This document shows, piece after piece, positions 12,173 to 26,093 of a stretch of DNA of 64,000 nucleotides. Below the pieces are notes generated by a model. It was not told where the DNA came from. It did no database searches and saw only the letters and a list, made by a program, of their open reading frames with translations. Origin of the DNA: Mobula hypostoma (lineage: Eukaryota); assembly GCF_963921235.1 (NCBI RefSeq), contig NC_086097.1, forward strand, positions 236,284,001-236,348,000, given 5' to 3'. How positions within the stretch are numbered: the first letter of the stretch is position 1; each line of letters opens with the position of its first letter. The translations under genes and the position numbers were made by a program.

Positions 12173-13059
12173 CTCATGCTACTGGACTGCTGTAATTCTT
12201 CCAGTGGTACAAACAGATAAATTTATGACATATCTTCGGTTATGAATTGTTCTGATGCTGGGCCAGCTTAGCTTCTGTTAAGTTGTAATATATTAATATA
12301 ATGGCAATTCAACAGTATTGAATTGGTAGGGGATTAATAGAATGGCAATACTGTTGAATTACTTGCACTCATTACATAGAAGAAAGGTAATAGATCAGCC
12401 TTTTAATAGTGTTTACTCTATTCCACTGTTAGGTCACAGCATGGGCCAGTTCATGCATAGAATAATCAAATATATATATATAAAAAATAATTTCATTGAT
12501 TTGGGAAATAGAACTGACTGAATCATTTTAAAGGCTAATACTGACCAGATGGGCTGAATGGACTTTTTCAGTTCTGCAACAATTATTGCTGCGATGAATA
12601 CTCTTTTGAAGGAAAGGAAGAGGCTGAGATATGACCTCTAAGAGAAAGAAATCACTGCTAATAAATTAAAGGATCAGTAATTTTTAAATAATTACATTAG
12701 ACATGAAAATCATAGTGTTCATTCATCTATTTCATCCAAAATTAATTATTTTGCTAATGTGACATTAGCTATAGGGAATGTGCTAGAATCTACTAACAGG
12801 GAAGTTAGAACATTTTTAATATGCTTGGCCAGAATTGGCACAATTTCATCAAATAGAAATTATAGTTACAGATTTTTTTAGCCTTTTGTAATATAATAGC
12901 AGAGTTCGTAAACGGGAACTAGTTGACATAGTATAATTGGAGTTTTATAAAGACATTCATTAATGTAGTGTAATCACTCATGGAGAGTATGATGTTCTCC
13001 TAAGGAGTTGCCTTTAATGGAGAACTCCCAAGCATGATTTTCTTTATCATGGAATCTGC

Positions 13060-13326
13060 TACATGAGCAGCCACCTCACGGCCCTTGACAGATCAGTGTC
13101 AGGGGTCCAATGGCATGTAATGCAAGACAACTAGGGACCCCTCACTGTTGCAGCTTTCATTTGCCTTCACTGCCATTGTGATATGTCCAGCTCCACTACT
13201 AAAGTCTTGGTTAGTTTGTTCTTCACTCTTGACTTTACCACCATGGGTGACCCTAACCAGAGCTCCTTGCTCTTGGGATCACAAAAATTCACAATCCTCT
13301 CCATCATAACAAGGTGACGATCCTCA
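13060..13326 (-). mobile_element. RTE 5'-end-derived short element
   Basis: Minus strand CACCTTGTTATGATGGAGAG..TAGGGTCACCCATG shares motifs with the head of 61274-61670. Confidence 0.5.
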
Positions 13327-14231
13327 AAGAACATTCATTAAAGTTCCACTCCAGAGCCCGTTTCACAAAATTTGAGTTCATGTGATTGCAGATAATTTGG
13401 AATGAAATAAAATCCAGAACGTAGTGTAGAAGTTTTTTTTATGTTCATAGGTTGCAAGTGGTGAACTATTAATATATGGATCTAACCTTCTGATTTTTAT
13501 AAACGACTAATTACTTGCACCATCCAGATGATAGAATCTGTGAGGAAGATGCCAAAGGAACTACAAATGCAGATTAAGATGGAAAATCATGAAGAGGAAT
13601 GTGATATCATCGAAGTAGGAAAAATAGAAGAAGAGTATTGTCTAAAAATTGAGATGCTGTTTAATGCATGGGCTAATGAACAGTTTCCACAAAAAATATT
13701 CTGCAGAACATTAAGTTCCAAGTCATATTCCGCCGAACAATCTCACAATCAGGGCAACCTGCACATAATGAATGACATAGCACTGGATTGAACTGAACTG
13801 AATATGTCTGGACCCTCACATTTTTTCTTTTTGCTGTTTGTGTGAATTTTTTGTGTGGCGGGGTAGTTCATGTTTATGATGTTTTTCTTTGAACAGGTTC
13901 CAGGGTTTACTTTGTTTCGCGGCTGGCTGTGTGAAGACGAATCTCGGGGATGTATACCGCTTACATGCATTGATAATAAATGTCCTTTGAACTTTGAAAC
14001 GTGTTCCTCTACAGAACAGCAAGGGTGAAGTTAGTCACGACAAGCTGAAACATAAAAGCAGGGATAAGCCAATGCCTGTTCCCCCATTCAATAAGATGAC
14101 ATCAGATCACTTATCTCAGTGTCATTTTCCTGCTTTGGGCCTATAACCACTTTATTTTCACAATACCAATGTTTCCAGAGACCACTTGCATAGAGAATTC
14201 CAAATATTTTCCATCCTAATGAGGTTCACCA

Positions 14232-14570
14232 GCCAGCAAATTGACTATTTACCGCTAGCCTAGTCACTGGATGATTTACAAGGAACCAATTAACCTGATA
14301 ACTGGTACCTCTTTAGAATGTGGGAGGAAACCAGAGCACCAGTGACCTGGGTTCAATTCCCACCACTGTCTGTGAGGAATTTGTACATTCTACCTGTGAC
14401 CGCATGGGTTTCCCCCAGCTGTTCCGGTTTCTTCCCACGGTCCAAAGACGTACATACAGTTGGTAGGTTAATTGGTCATTGTAAATTGTCCCATGATAAG
14501 GCTCGGAATAAATCGGGGGGGCGGGGGCAGGGGTAGCAGAATGGCCTATTCCGTGCTGTATCTCAATAAA
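14232..14570. mobile_element. Two adjacent V-SINEs in opposite orientation
   Basis: 14232-14340 is a minus-strand core; 14341-14570 is a plus-strand B-box, core and tail. Confidence 0.8.
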
Positions 14571-14709
14571 AGCCAATGTACAAAAGACAACTTTGCAAAT
14601 ACAAAAAGAAAAAGCAAACAAAGTAATAATAATAAATAAATAAGCAGTAAGTATTGAGAACATGAGATTAGGTGAGTCTGTAGGTTATGGGAAGAGTTCA
14701 GTGTAAGGC

Positions 14710-15040
14710 GCACCTTCCCTCCACTGGCCTGCAGGTCACCCTTGGGAAAAGTGTAGCATCTCCTTAGCCAATGCCACCCCGCCCCAACTGATCAGGATCA
14801 TGTGAAGCTATGGGAACCATATGAACAGCTGATGCATAGCGCAAGTCCTGGTTATGCGACCACTGACGCCAGGCAGACAATCTCTGAAGGGTGTTGATAA
14901 TGGCTGAGGTCACCCATTTTGTAAAGACACTGTCCAGAAGAAGGCAATGGCAAACCACTTCTGTAGAAAAAATTTGCCAAGAACGATCAGGCTTATGGAA
15001 AGACCATGATCACCTACACCACATGACACAACACATAATG
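14710..15040 (+). mobile_element. RTE/BovB-related SINE-like element
   Basis: Contains AGAAGGCAATGGCAAACCAC, a motif I recall from BovB-related SINEs. Confidence 0.5.
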
Positions 15041-17577
15041 AAAGAACTACCCTGAGGGCCGCATTAATGCTAGCTAGTTGGATTCAGGCTGAATTTAGAA
15101 ATGATAGCATTAAAAGGAAAGTGGAGTTGGCGGGATGGGGGGGGGGGTGTTGGTGGAGGAGGTCATGGGAAGTAAATTGAGCCTGTAATTTCCAGAGTTC
15201 AGAGAACGAGATGGGATTTCAATGAAATATATAATTTTTTTCACTACTTTGATAGGGCTGACGCCGAAAGACAGTTTTGTCTGTCTGGCAAACCCAAACA
15301 CAATCTCAGGATTAAGGTGTTGACTTAATAGGATTGCAATGTGGCAGAAATTGACCTCGATAGAGAGCTATTGTGCAAGGAATTTGATAGAATTTTAGAC
15401 ATTAATGAAATCAAGGGATAAAGAGGTTGGGAAAGGAGGCTTTTAGTGTAATTAGAATTGCTGTTTAGTAAGAAGATTTACTTCTAACAAAGTGCATGCT
15501 CAAATTGTTTGCCGAGATAAGGGTTTTGATTTTAGTTTTTTTAACAGAATTCTCCTGAATATTCTCAAGATAATGCACTTCAAACTACAATATAACCATA
15601 TCTACGTATAGTGACAATAAACCAACAATTATCATTAACAGACTGAAATTATATGAGAATGTGGAACATATGCAGCCATTACACTCCAAAGCCTTGTTTT
15701 AACCATAATTGAAGATTGCACATTTTATTTTCCCTTGATGCTTTCAGCATCTGGCTGGAACATTTCCTTAATATTGGTGTGTTTCTTGCTAATAGCACCT
15801 TACAAAACCTTCCATTTTACTGAGTGTGGTTTAGCAGTCCATAGCTGTGCTAATATTCATATTAACAGTCAAGTCATTAATATTTAACTTTGAAATTCTG
15901 TCCTATCTCTAATTGCATGGACGTTAGAGTGAAAGGAGGGAAGGGAAGGGTTGAGTAAATTGAGATGAGGGCGGTGTTCTGGTGTTTAGGAGTGAGAAGT
16001 GATCTCATTGAAATAAATAAAATTTCTAGTGCTCCTTGAAGGTTTGAAGCCAAACCCATTTTAACATACATAACTCGCTGGCTTTCTGCTTCAATCATCT
16101 CCTTTCCATGAGAAAGGGTTTAGTATTCTGGTTTAGTGTCCCCTGCCTATCCTCTGAACTGAGGCTGCACAAGTTCTTTTCTGTAACACATCCGGCTGCT
16201 CTGCTCTGAGAAACATGCTGAACAATTTCACTGCAACAGTAGTAGGCTTTCCTGACAGAACTCTGACCGAAAAATATCCTCATAACAGGGAACAAGAAAT
16301 CATGGGAAAATTAGTCAAGCTGACATTCAGTATAATATCCAAATCCACAGAAGTAACCAGGAGAGGCATTCTGTCTGTGCTTACAGGTAGCTAAACTACA
16401 GCAAGAACAGGTGCTAGAGACCACAATGCAGGTCAAACAACTACTGACTGAACATTTAGCAAAAATATTGCTCTAGGGAAGAAGAAACAATAAAAAGGCA
16501 GAGTAAATGGAGCCTATGTTTTTTACCCTTAGCTTATTTGGAGGGTTGCTCCAAACTTTCTGTCCTTTAATGTAATGATTGGTGGTCCTACCACCTCATT
16601 ATCCAATTGGTCAAGCTGAGGAAAGTTTCTGAAAGGTTACTGCAAAAGCAACTACCTCCATCAGCGATAAGGAACAGCCATGACTCTGCCCTGGTGGTCA
16701 GTGTTATGGAAGACCTTTGCAGCAGCCGACAAAATCAGTGAGGATCACACCAGCAAGGGCTCCAACCAGGGTTGCAAACATGGCAGCAGTACTCTCTGAG
16801 GAGGTCAGCAAATTCCTAAAGGGAACCCCAGACTCCGGGAGCTCAGTGACTAGTCCCAGTATAAAATATTGTGTTTGGGACTCAGACCGATAATTAGAGA
16901 GCTAACTGTCACAATGTATGCAGGAGATGTCAGAACCCAAGTGCAGAAGAGAGACAGACTCCAATGGAGAGACAGAGACCGAAGTTTATTTATAAGAATT
17001 CCGAATGAACACTTGTTGCTTGGCTGAGAGAGATGTAACATTCTCAAAACTAGGACCCTGTGATTGGTGCTGATCAGGCACCTGCTTAAATAATACATGT
17101 AACGTGGAATCCCCAAACCTATCAAAATAAACTTAACAAATTTTAACAGAAAGCACCAGGAGACTGGATTACAAAGAGTAAATTGCTTGACTTAAAACCA
17201 GAATGAACTCTAAACAATTAATGACTCTCATTAAGCAACAATTATCCAATTCAGGTGCTCTGAAAACCTCAGAGCCCAATGGTCTCCGGCTCCTTGCATG
17301 AACCTGAAGAGCTGATTATAGTTAAGTATTGCATGATTAACTCTATGTGTATATGTGTGTGAAGATAGAGTTACATATGCATTAGGATCTGACTTGAGTT
17401 CTTATGCTTGCTTCAAAGCTACAAAATACATGGGTAAAGCACACTTAAAGAGATATTAGTTGAAGTGCTCGGAAAACATACAAGTATCTCCTAATAGTAA
17501 ACACAAGAAATTCTACAGATACTGGAAATCTGCTCCATCTGATGTACTGTGGAGAGAATTCTAACTTGTTGCACTAC

Positions 17578-18055
17578 TGCAGAGGAGATTTACAAGGATG
17601 TTGCCTGGATTGGGGAGCATGGCTTATGAGAATAGGTTGAGTGAACTCGGCCTTTTCTCCTTGGAGTGACGGAGGATGAGAGGTGACCTGGCAGAGGTGT
17701 ATAAGATGATGAGAGGCATTGATTGTGTGGATAGTCAGAGGCTTTTTCCCAGGGCTGAAATGGCTAGCACAAGAGGGCATAGTTTTAAGGTGCTTGGAAG
17801 TAGGTACAGAGGAGATGTCAGGGGTAAGTTTTTACACAGAGAGTGGTGTGTGTGGAACGGGCACGCACACCACTCTCGGCGGCGGTGGTGGAGGCCCAAA
17901 AGATAGTGTCTTTTAAGAGACTCCTGGATGGCTACACGCTTAGAAAAATAGAGGGCTATGGGTAAAGCCTAGGTAGTTCTAAGGTAGGGACTCATTCGGC
18001 ACAGCTTTCTTGGCCTAAGGGCCTGTATTGTGCTGTATGTTTTCTATGTTTCTGT
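17578..18055 (+). mobile_element. CR1 LINE 3' fragment
   Basis: MRGDLAEVYKMMRGIDCVDSQRLFP; tail TTTCTATG. Confidence 0.9.
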
Positions 18056-18503
18056 GCCTGGTATGGAGGGGCTAATGCACAGGATCAGAAATAGCTGCAG
18101 AGGGATGTGTTCTCAGCCAGTTCCGTCATGGGCATTAGCCTCCCCTCCATCATAGAAAGCTTCAAAAGGCGATGCCTCAAAAAGGAAGCATCCATCATTA
18201 AGGACCCCCATCACCCAGGACCTGCCCTCTTTTCATTGCTACCACTGGGGAGGAGGTACAGGAGCCTGAAGATACACCATGTTTTAGAATCAAATTCTTC
18301 ACCCCTGCCATCAGATTTCTGAATGGTCCATGAACGCAGGAACTCTACCTCACAGTTTGCTTTCTTTTCACACTACTTATTTATTGTTTACATATTTCTG
18401 ATTATAATTTATAGTATTTTTTATGAATTGCACTGAACTGCAGCTGCAAAACAACAAATTTGGCAACATTTATCAGTAATAATAAACCTGATTCAGATTC
18501 TGA
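18055..18503 (+). mobile_element. Rex1/Babar 3' fragment
   Basis: ASIIKDPHHPGPALFSLLPLGRRYRSLK; (GATTC(A/T))n tail. Confidence 0.8.
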
Positions 18504-18504
18504 A

Positions 18505-18615
18505 ATCTTGAGGAAAACACAAAGTGCTGGAGAAACTCGGCAGGTCAGGAAGCACCTACGAAAGACTGAAGAAGCGTCTCAGCCTGAAACATCAACTGTT
18601 TATTCCTCTCCATAG
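18505..18615. mobile_element. PLE terminal repeat, inverted arrangement, with hammerhead core
   Basis: CTGAAGA (18566-18572)-AGC-GTCTCAG-CCT-GAAAC-ATC-AACTG, preceded by an antisense arm. Confidence 0.7.
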
Positions 18616-18929
18616 GAGTAGGTCCACCATTTTAGATCATGTGCCCTTACCATTGCTCCTCCTTCTGCCACTTTAACAAGTTAACACCAACGTGCTCTGC
18701 AGATAAAGCTCTTTGGCATTTTTAGAAAGCACTTCCAGAGCAACTCTGGATGCCTTCCCAACTAGTAATTCTTGCATGTTTATAATTTGGACTGTATATG
18801 TTCATCCACCAGTTTACCTCCAGTTCACGAACAAGCCAAAGTTTCAGTGAAGGAAGTTATGACCAGGTATGTGCACGTCCCAATGCCACAACGGGTTATT
18901 TTTAGAATCAAGGTTTAAAGTTCAAAGTT

Positions 18930-19197
18930 TCTTTTTCCACTGAGGTTGGGTGGGATTACAACCAGCGGTCATAGGTTAGGATGAAAGGTGAAAAGTATCA
19001 GGGGAACATGAAGGGAAACTTCTTCACTCAGTGGGTGACAGAGTAGATCAAGCCGCCAGCACAAGTGGTAAATGGATTGGCACATGGATGATAGAGGTAC
19101 AGAGGGCGATAGTCCCAGTGCTGGCAGATGGGAGTAGGTTTGGCATGGACTAGAGAGGCTGAAGGGCCTGTTTCTGCACTGTACTTTTCTATGACCC
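18930..19197 (+). mobile_element. CR1 3' tail
   Basis: AACTTCTTCACTCAG..GGCATGGACTAG..GAAGGGCCTGTTTCTG CR1 terminus. Confidence 0.75.
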
Positions 19198-20754
19198 TGT
19201 CAAAGTATGTGTAATTTCACCATATACTACACTGAGATTAATTTTCTTGCAGGCATTCACTGGAGTACAGATAAATAGAGTTACAAAATACACGTGGACT
19301 AAGATGTTAACTGCCCTGTGCTATCACCAGTGGGATCACCAGTTGACCTGCCACCTGTCTTCAGGAGTTTCGGCCCGCTTATGATCAAGACTCCCTCGAG
19401 GTGGTGGGCCAGCAGTGCTAAAGCACCACCTCCCGCCGGTGAGCTTAAAAACCTGGCATCTGCCTCTATCAGAGTTGTTGGTCACTTCCATCCAACAGAT
19501 AGTCTGCTCTTCAGGTGTCTATGCAACTACTGAGAGTTTGCAAGATATGTATACACTGTGTGACTATCTGCCCCTCTGGACATACTTGGTCCACACCCAG
19601 GCTGATCCTTTCTCTGCTGCCTCAGCATATAATAGAATCAATGAAAATTAACACACAAAGACTGACAAATAACTAATGTGCAAAAGAAGACAATACATGC
19701 AAATACAAATAAATGAATAGATAGATAGATCGATAGAGAGACAGATAGATAACACTGAGAATCTGAATTACAGAGTCCATGAAAGTGTGTGCATATATTT
19801 TGGAATCATTTAACAAAGAAATAACTCATAATCCCCTCTGAATTCCACCAAAAAGTTGTAAACTTACAATACCATACAATCACAGACTGTGTTAGATGGA
19901 AGTGGCTTTGCAGATTCACGTAGATTCATAGAGTCATACAGTACACAAATAGTTTACTTAATCCTTCATTCCATTCTCACCATCACGTACCCATCTGTGC
20001 TTCTCACATTTACTAGCAATTGTTCATTACCTGTATGCCTTGGTAGTTCAAAGTTCAAAGTAAATTTATTATAAAAGTACATATATGTCGCCATATACAA
20101 TCTTGAGATTTGTTTTAATATCATAAGACCATGAGATGTAGGAACAGCATTAGGCCATTTAGCCCATTGAGTCTGTTCTACCATTCCATCATGGCTGATC
20201 CATTTTCCCTCTATTCCTCAATTTTCTGTCTTCTCCCCATGTCCCTTCATGCCCTGACCAATCAGGAATCTATCAATATCTGCATTACGTATACGCAATG
20301 ACTTGATCTCCACAGCCACCTATGCCAATGAATTCCACAAAAAACACTAACATTACATATAAGAGATAAGCCTGAATCTAAAAAATGTCTACGCCTTTTA
20401 GTTTTAGAAATGTCAGCTATGGGGGAAATTTTCCACATACCAACCCAGTCTAGGTCTCTCATAATTTTGTATATTTCCAAAATACCTCTCGAAACCTCCT
20501 CCACCCCAAGGAAAACATCCCAGCATATCCAGTCTCTCCTCGCAACTGAAATAATGCATTCTAGGCAAAATCCTGCTGAACCTTCAGTGTAATCACATCC
20601 GTCCTATAGTGAGGCCGATAGTGTGGTCATGAAGGCATGGGGATTACTTGCCTTTTTAGCCAGAGCATAGCATACAAGGCCATAAGACAATTGCACACAA
20701 TACTCCTGCTGTGCCTTAACCTACATTTTATAAACTTATGGCATAGTTCTCCTG

Positions 20755-21860
20755 TCCTCAGAAGGATATCCCTTTAGAACAGAGATGAGAAGGAACTTCT
20801 TTAACCAGAGGGTAGTGAATCTGTAGAATTCATTGCCATCCATTGAAATGTTCCCACAACCAATTATCTCACTTCAAGGTCTCTTTATCTAGTTATTTCG
20901 TGTTCCTATTATTTATATTTTCATTTGCACAGCTTGTTGTCTTCTGCACTCTGACTGATCTTTCATTGATTCTGTTGCAGTTACTATTCTATAGATTTGC
21001 TGAGTCTGCCAGCAGGAAAATGAATCTCAGGGTTGAATGTGGTGACATATATATATAATCTGATAATAAAATTTACTTTGAATTTTAAACTTTAAACACA
21101 GACATCTGTGAGGCCAAGTCAATAGACAACAGACAATAGACAATAGGTGCAGAAGTAGACCATTCGGCCCTTTGAGCCTGCACCGCCATTCTGAGATCAT
21201 GGCTGATCATCTACTATCAATACCTGGTTCCTGCCTTGTCCCCATAACCCTTGATTCCCCTATCCATAAGATACCTATCTAGCTCCTTGAAAGGATCCAG
21301 AGAATTGGTCTCCACTGCCTTCTGAGGCAGCGCATCCCACACCTCCACAACTCTCTGGGAGAAGAAGTTCCTCCTCAACTCTGTCCTAAATGACCTACCT
21401 CTTATTCTTAAACCATGCATTCTGGTACTGGACTCTCCCAGCATCTGGAACATATTTCCTGTCTCTATCTTGTCCAATCCCTTAATAATCTTATATGTCT
21501 CAATCAGATCTCCCCTCAATCTCCTTAATTCCAGTGTGTACACGCCCAGTCTCTCTAATCTCTCTGCGTAAGACAGTCCAGACATCCCAGGAATTAACCT
21601 AGTGAACCTACACTACACCTCCTCCACAGCCAGGATGTCCTTCCTTAACCCTGGAGACCAAAAGTGCAATACCCAAGTCACTGGGTATATTTAAAGCAGA
21701 GGTTGATAGGTTCTTCACTAGTAAGAACACCAAAGGTTAGAGTGAGAAGGGAGGAAATGGGGTTGAGAGAGATAATAAATCAAACATGATGGAACGGCAG
21801 AGCCCTCAATGAGCCAGATAGCCTAATTCTGCTCCTATGTCTTATGGTCATATTGTCTTA
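20755..21860 (+). mobile_element. CR1 3' end interrupted by a Rex1-type tail (about 20838-21095) and a second CR1
   Basis: CR1 sequence resumes collinearly after each insertion. Confidence 0.75.
21122..21672 (-). mobile_element. 5'-truncated CR1 with TSD
   Basis: ORF 21217-21585 MSGLSYAERLERLG..RGDLIETYKI; (TGTCTAT)n tail; TSD CCAAGTCA at 21114-21121 and 21673-21680. Confidence 0.92.
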
Positions 21861-23409
21861 CGGGCTTGTATGCTATGCTCTAGCTAAAAAGTCAAGTTCC
21901 GCATGCCTTCATGACCACATCAATTACCTATCACCTTGTTAAGTGGAACATTGATTGCCTGGATTTTGAGAATGGCCTATAAACACCTGGCCTTCTTGCA
22001 TTCCTGGCTTCACTCCAAACATTTTTCGCCTGCTTTCTATTTTAACTATGTTAATTGTCCTAAAATCGATCTCGCCCATTCTGTGTATGAATGGAAATGC
22101 TCATGTGCTTCAGATTTACCTAAAAATCCAAAATAGTCAACCTGGCACTGGCTGCCATTTTGGACTCTTCCTCTGCACCAATGATAAAGCTTATCTTTCC
22201 ATCTACAGCATCATTTGCAATTGAAAACCCTTCCATTCTATTCCCCAGAGCTTACACCTGCACCTTGGACTTCACATGACTCCTGCAGTCACTCAAAACC
22301 TTCCACTACATTGCTATTTTTGATGATTGTGATTCCTTGTCACGACTTACATAAGAAAATGTGTGCTCAGAATATTTCCTTCAAAAATACTCACAAGACA
22401 TTTTACACTTTACACCGGAAGAACCATCTACCTTACCTGTGGAAAAATAGGTTAGATGTTCAGAAACATTATGGCTTTACTAAGTGTATTGTTCTTTGCA
22501 AGTGAATTAATTCACACTGATCAAATTCATAACTGATTTTGTTTATATATATTAATGGCTGGTTTATGGTTATATATTACAATTGTTTAAATGAAGGGAC
22601 AATGATTCTGAGAGTAGAGTGAATCTCATTGTCTGCATTAGATGTATATTTGTGAGTTTTTGACCTCTGGGAAAAGCTATTGCACAACATACTGACTGAT
22701 CCATAAGAATACTGACAGCTGTGGTACGACCTCTCCTCAAACTGCCTCTAGAACTTCCTACACTCTGCCCTGTAGCTGAAGGTTTGACATGATCAAATCT
22801 AAAGAAATCTTAAAGCCATGATTATTCTTCATAATAACTCCAGCCATTCCTCAATCAATGAAAGGGTGCATTTCTAGAAAAGCAAAATTTTGTTTCTCTA
22901 GACTTTCCTTATTAATTTAAAAGCTAAAATTCATGATACTTTCCAGATCTTAAGAATCAAAGGGTACACCTTCACTCAACTTAACTTCACCATTGATATG
23001 TTCTCACAACCTACGGACTTACTTTCAAGGACTCTTCATCTCATGTTCTCAATACTTATTGCTTATTTATTTATCATTATTATTATCTTTTTCTTTTTGC
23101 GCAGTTTGTTCCTTTTCCACGCAGGTGAATGCCCAGGTTGGTGTGGTCTATTACGTTCTGTAACTTCAAATGATCAAACTAATTCAAAGAAAGACACGTG
23201 GGTCTGAAAATGTGGGTTTAAATTGATCTTTTACTTTAAACAAGGCATGCAAACGAATCTCAGGATTGTATATGATGATATATATGCACTTCGATATTAA
23301 ATTTACTTTGAACATTGAATTCATTCATGAAAGCATCTGAAATAATATGTTTCTGATTAGTAATTACACTTTAAATCATGTCAATATAAATAAAAATTTA
23401 TTATTTCAG

Positions 23410-24158
23410 GACAAGCGGTTAAAGAACCAGCAGAAATGGAAAACACTTTGGTTTTTGGTATTGCTATTGACTAGTACTATTTATTAGTAATTACGCAATA
23501 CAGTGATATAATTTCAGATATATTAAACAGGTTAGCAAGGATTATATGTATATAAGTGTGGAAATATATGAAAACCAAGCTTCGTCAAGCCTAGGGGTAA
23601 ATAGGTACAGTCTTACAGTGATGAGTAAAGTTCAGTTCAGTTCGTGATATTGAGTTGAGTAGTGATGGAGAGAGAGAGGTGTTGTTGTTGTTGTTCAAGT
23701 AGGCCGATGCCGTCGATTCTTCCCATTGTCCTCCAAAATCCTTTAGAAGTCATCGAATGTGACCACAACAAGAGGACCGTTTTATGTAGTGGAATTATCA
23801 ACCCAGGCGAGGCTTGGACACACGAATAACTCCCCACCGGTCACACCTTTTTCACACTGCGAGAGCCACTGATGGATTCTCCTGATCGATCCTCCAAAAA
23901 CCCACCTTTCTGTGGGCACCTGGACAGGACAGTGGTAACTTCACCACACCCTTGTGCGTCTGCGTGTCCCTTCCTGTGAAACAATCAATTACGCTGGTTT
24001 AAGTACTGTTGTGCTGAACACCAGCTGTCCATCAAGTAACTCCTCCCTTCTTTCTCTGTAGGAACTTAGAAGCTGCCAGTGTCCTTGCAGAAATTCCAAA
24101 CAAACTGTGAGCAGTCTTCGCCTCTCTCTCTTAATAACAAAGTGTTTGTGTTGAACAA

Positions 24159-24189
<31 letters not shown>

Positions 24190-24230
24190 CAAAAGCACAG
24201 TTCATAGGGATAATTCAGGATCCCGTCACA
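23410..24230 (-). mobile_element. Putative solo LTR
   Basis: Minus strand starts TGTGACGGG, contains (GA)n and an AATAAA near its 3' end; distal CA terminus and TSD not resolved. Confidence 0.4.
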
Positions 24231-24342
24231 GTGCCCACTAAGTGATAATGGTGGCTTTGATGTTGATGGAGTAGTGGGAAGGAAAAAGAGACATGATAGT
24301 AGGTCTATGCATGATGTAGTTCTTAGAACTACTATTCCTGAG

Positions 24343-24602
24343 TGACACACACAACGTGCTACAGGAACTCAGCAGGCCAAGCAGCATCAATGGAAAAAAG
24401 TAAACAGACAAAGCTTTGGGCTTCATTAGGACTGAAGAAAAAAAAGGTACCAAGTCAGAGTAAGAAGGTATGGTGAGAGGAGAAAGAAGCACAAGATAGT
24501 AGGTGATAGGTGAAACCGGGAGAGGGGGAAGAGTAAAACAAAGGGCTAAGAACTGTGTGTTGCTTGGATCTCCAGCATCTGCAGATTTTCTCTTGCTTGT
24601 TT
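24343..24602. mobile_element. PLE terminal repeat in inverted arrangement
   Basis: Antisense arm 24343-24550 with a decayed hammerhead, then sense end TGTGTGTTGCTTGGATCTCCAGCATCTGCAG. Confidence 0.7.
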
Positions 24603-24992
24603 CTGAGTGAACAAAGTTTAAAAAAGACATTATTAGAAGTATGAACAGCTCTCTTCATTTGATAAATTCCTTCATAGTACAGCACAATATTTTCCCCTTG
24701 CATAGCTGCGTAATACTTTGCTCCATACTGGGATCGCAGTTTCCAAAGATGAACATCTTCAAAAGCCTCTCCATAGTTAGCTGTTTTCCAGCAAATGCAA
24801 TATTGGTAACTTCCGTTGACCTCTAATGCTCAAGGCCTAACAAATCTACATTTATAAACTTTCCAGTAACTTTTCCATGTCATTACAGTCTAGTTCCTCA
24901 AACTTAAATTCAACTGCTTGCTTATAATGTCCTCCAAGAATTTTTTCCAGATTTGTTAAGCCACGGAGATTATTATTTTGACCGTTTGTTCC

Positions 24993-25883
24993 GGTTAAGA
25001 TGGTGCCAAGCTGTGGTCTCTGTCGAGGTTGTGGTTCACTTAGTTGCTTTTTAGGCTTGTAGGGATGTTTTTTTGGGACAGAGAGGGAAACTTGGATTCA
25101 GGTTAGGTTTTAGAGGCAAGGGATTGGGAGAAATGAAAAGGCAGGCTGCAGTCTATGCCTCCGCTCCACGTTAGAAGCACAGCACAGCGATAAAGTTGTG
25201 ATTGAAAGTTGGGCCAACAGACCATTGAGGATGGTAGTTAGGGTAAACCCACCCCCCCAGATTAGTGAGTCATTGATGGGCATCAGCACCAGAATTCCAT
25301 GCGGACAGGAGGAACAAGGGCTGGTGATCCTATAGCTATGTGAATCAGTGAGAGCGGCTTTCCAAGCCGAGTGTCTAGGATCCCATCACTGGCGAGCCTG
25401 GATCTCAAGGGTTAGTGTTCATGCCCTCATCCAGGGAGCTTATTTATCATTATCAGCAAAATCTGGACCAATACCAAAGATCAAAGGTTGAATGGAATCC
25501 AGATTGAAACTTGAGTGAAAGGCTGATTGAAATCCAGGCCTGATAGCTGGATCCCTGAGCCTGTGAATCTCTGCAGGTCCCAATGTCTGTGAGCCAGCGA
25601 GTCTACTGGAATCTGGAGACCAAAGACAGACTGTCCTGGAGTTAGAAGAAAGTGTGGGTGGGTGGGAAGGAGGAAAGGGGCTTGTCGCTTGGTATGTTCT
25701 GTTTTCTTATGCTCTCTGTTGTTCTGCCGAGCATTGTGGATATGCTATGTAGGCACTGGAATGTGGGGCAACACTTGCAGGTTGCCCCCAGCACGTCCTG
25801 GGGTGTGTTTGCTGTTCATGTAACTGCTGCATTTCACTGTAGGTTTCAAGGTACATGTGACAAATAAATCTGATTCTGAATCC
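24993..25883 (+). mobile_element. Non-coding repeat with Rex1-type 3' tail
   Basis: Begins GTTAAGATGGTGCC; tail 25750-25883 is shared with 57085-57222. Confidence 0.45.
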
Positions 25884-25929
25884 ATATGTCATTCATTGGG
25901 GCATGGGTTATGTTTGGATACACTACAGA

Positions 25930-26093
25930 GGTCTTTTCAGAGACTCTTAGATAGGTACATGGAGCTTAGAAAAATAGAGGGCTATGCGGTAGGGTAATTC
26001 TAGGAAGCTTCTAGAGTAGGTTTCATGGTCGGCACAACATTGTGGGCCAAAGGGCCTGTAATGTGCTGTAGATTTCTATGTTTCTATGTTCTA
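25930..26093 (+). mobile_element. CR1 3' tail
   Basis: Close match to 17905-18055; (TTTCTATG)n. Confidence 0.85.

Noticed and set aside
13528..13791. Acidic 87-aa ORF as a host exon
   Set aside because: The first part resembles decayed CR1 RT sequence; no matching splice donor or family motif
16907..17310. Possible solo LTR starting TGTCAC
   Set aside because: No matching CA terminus or TSD could be read
19280..19627. Discrete GC-richer insert in a Rex1 tail, possibly an LTR
   Set aside because: Termini and TSD ambiguous; left unclassified
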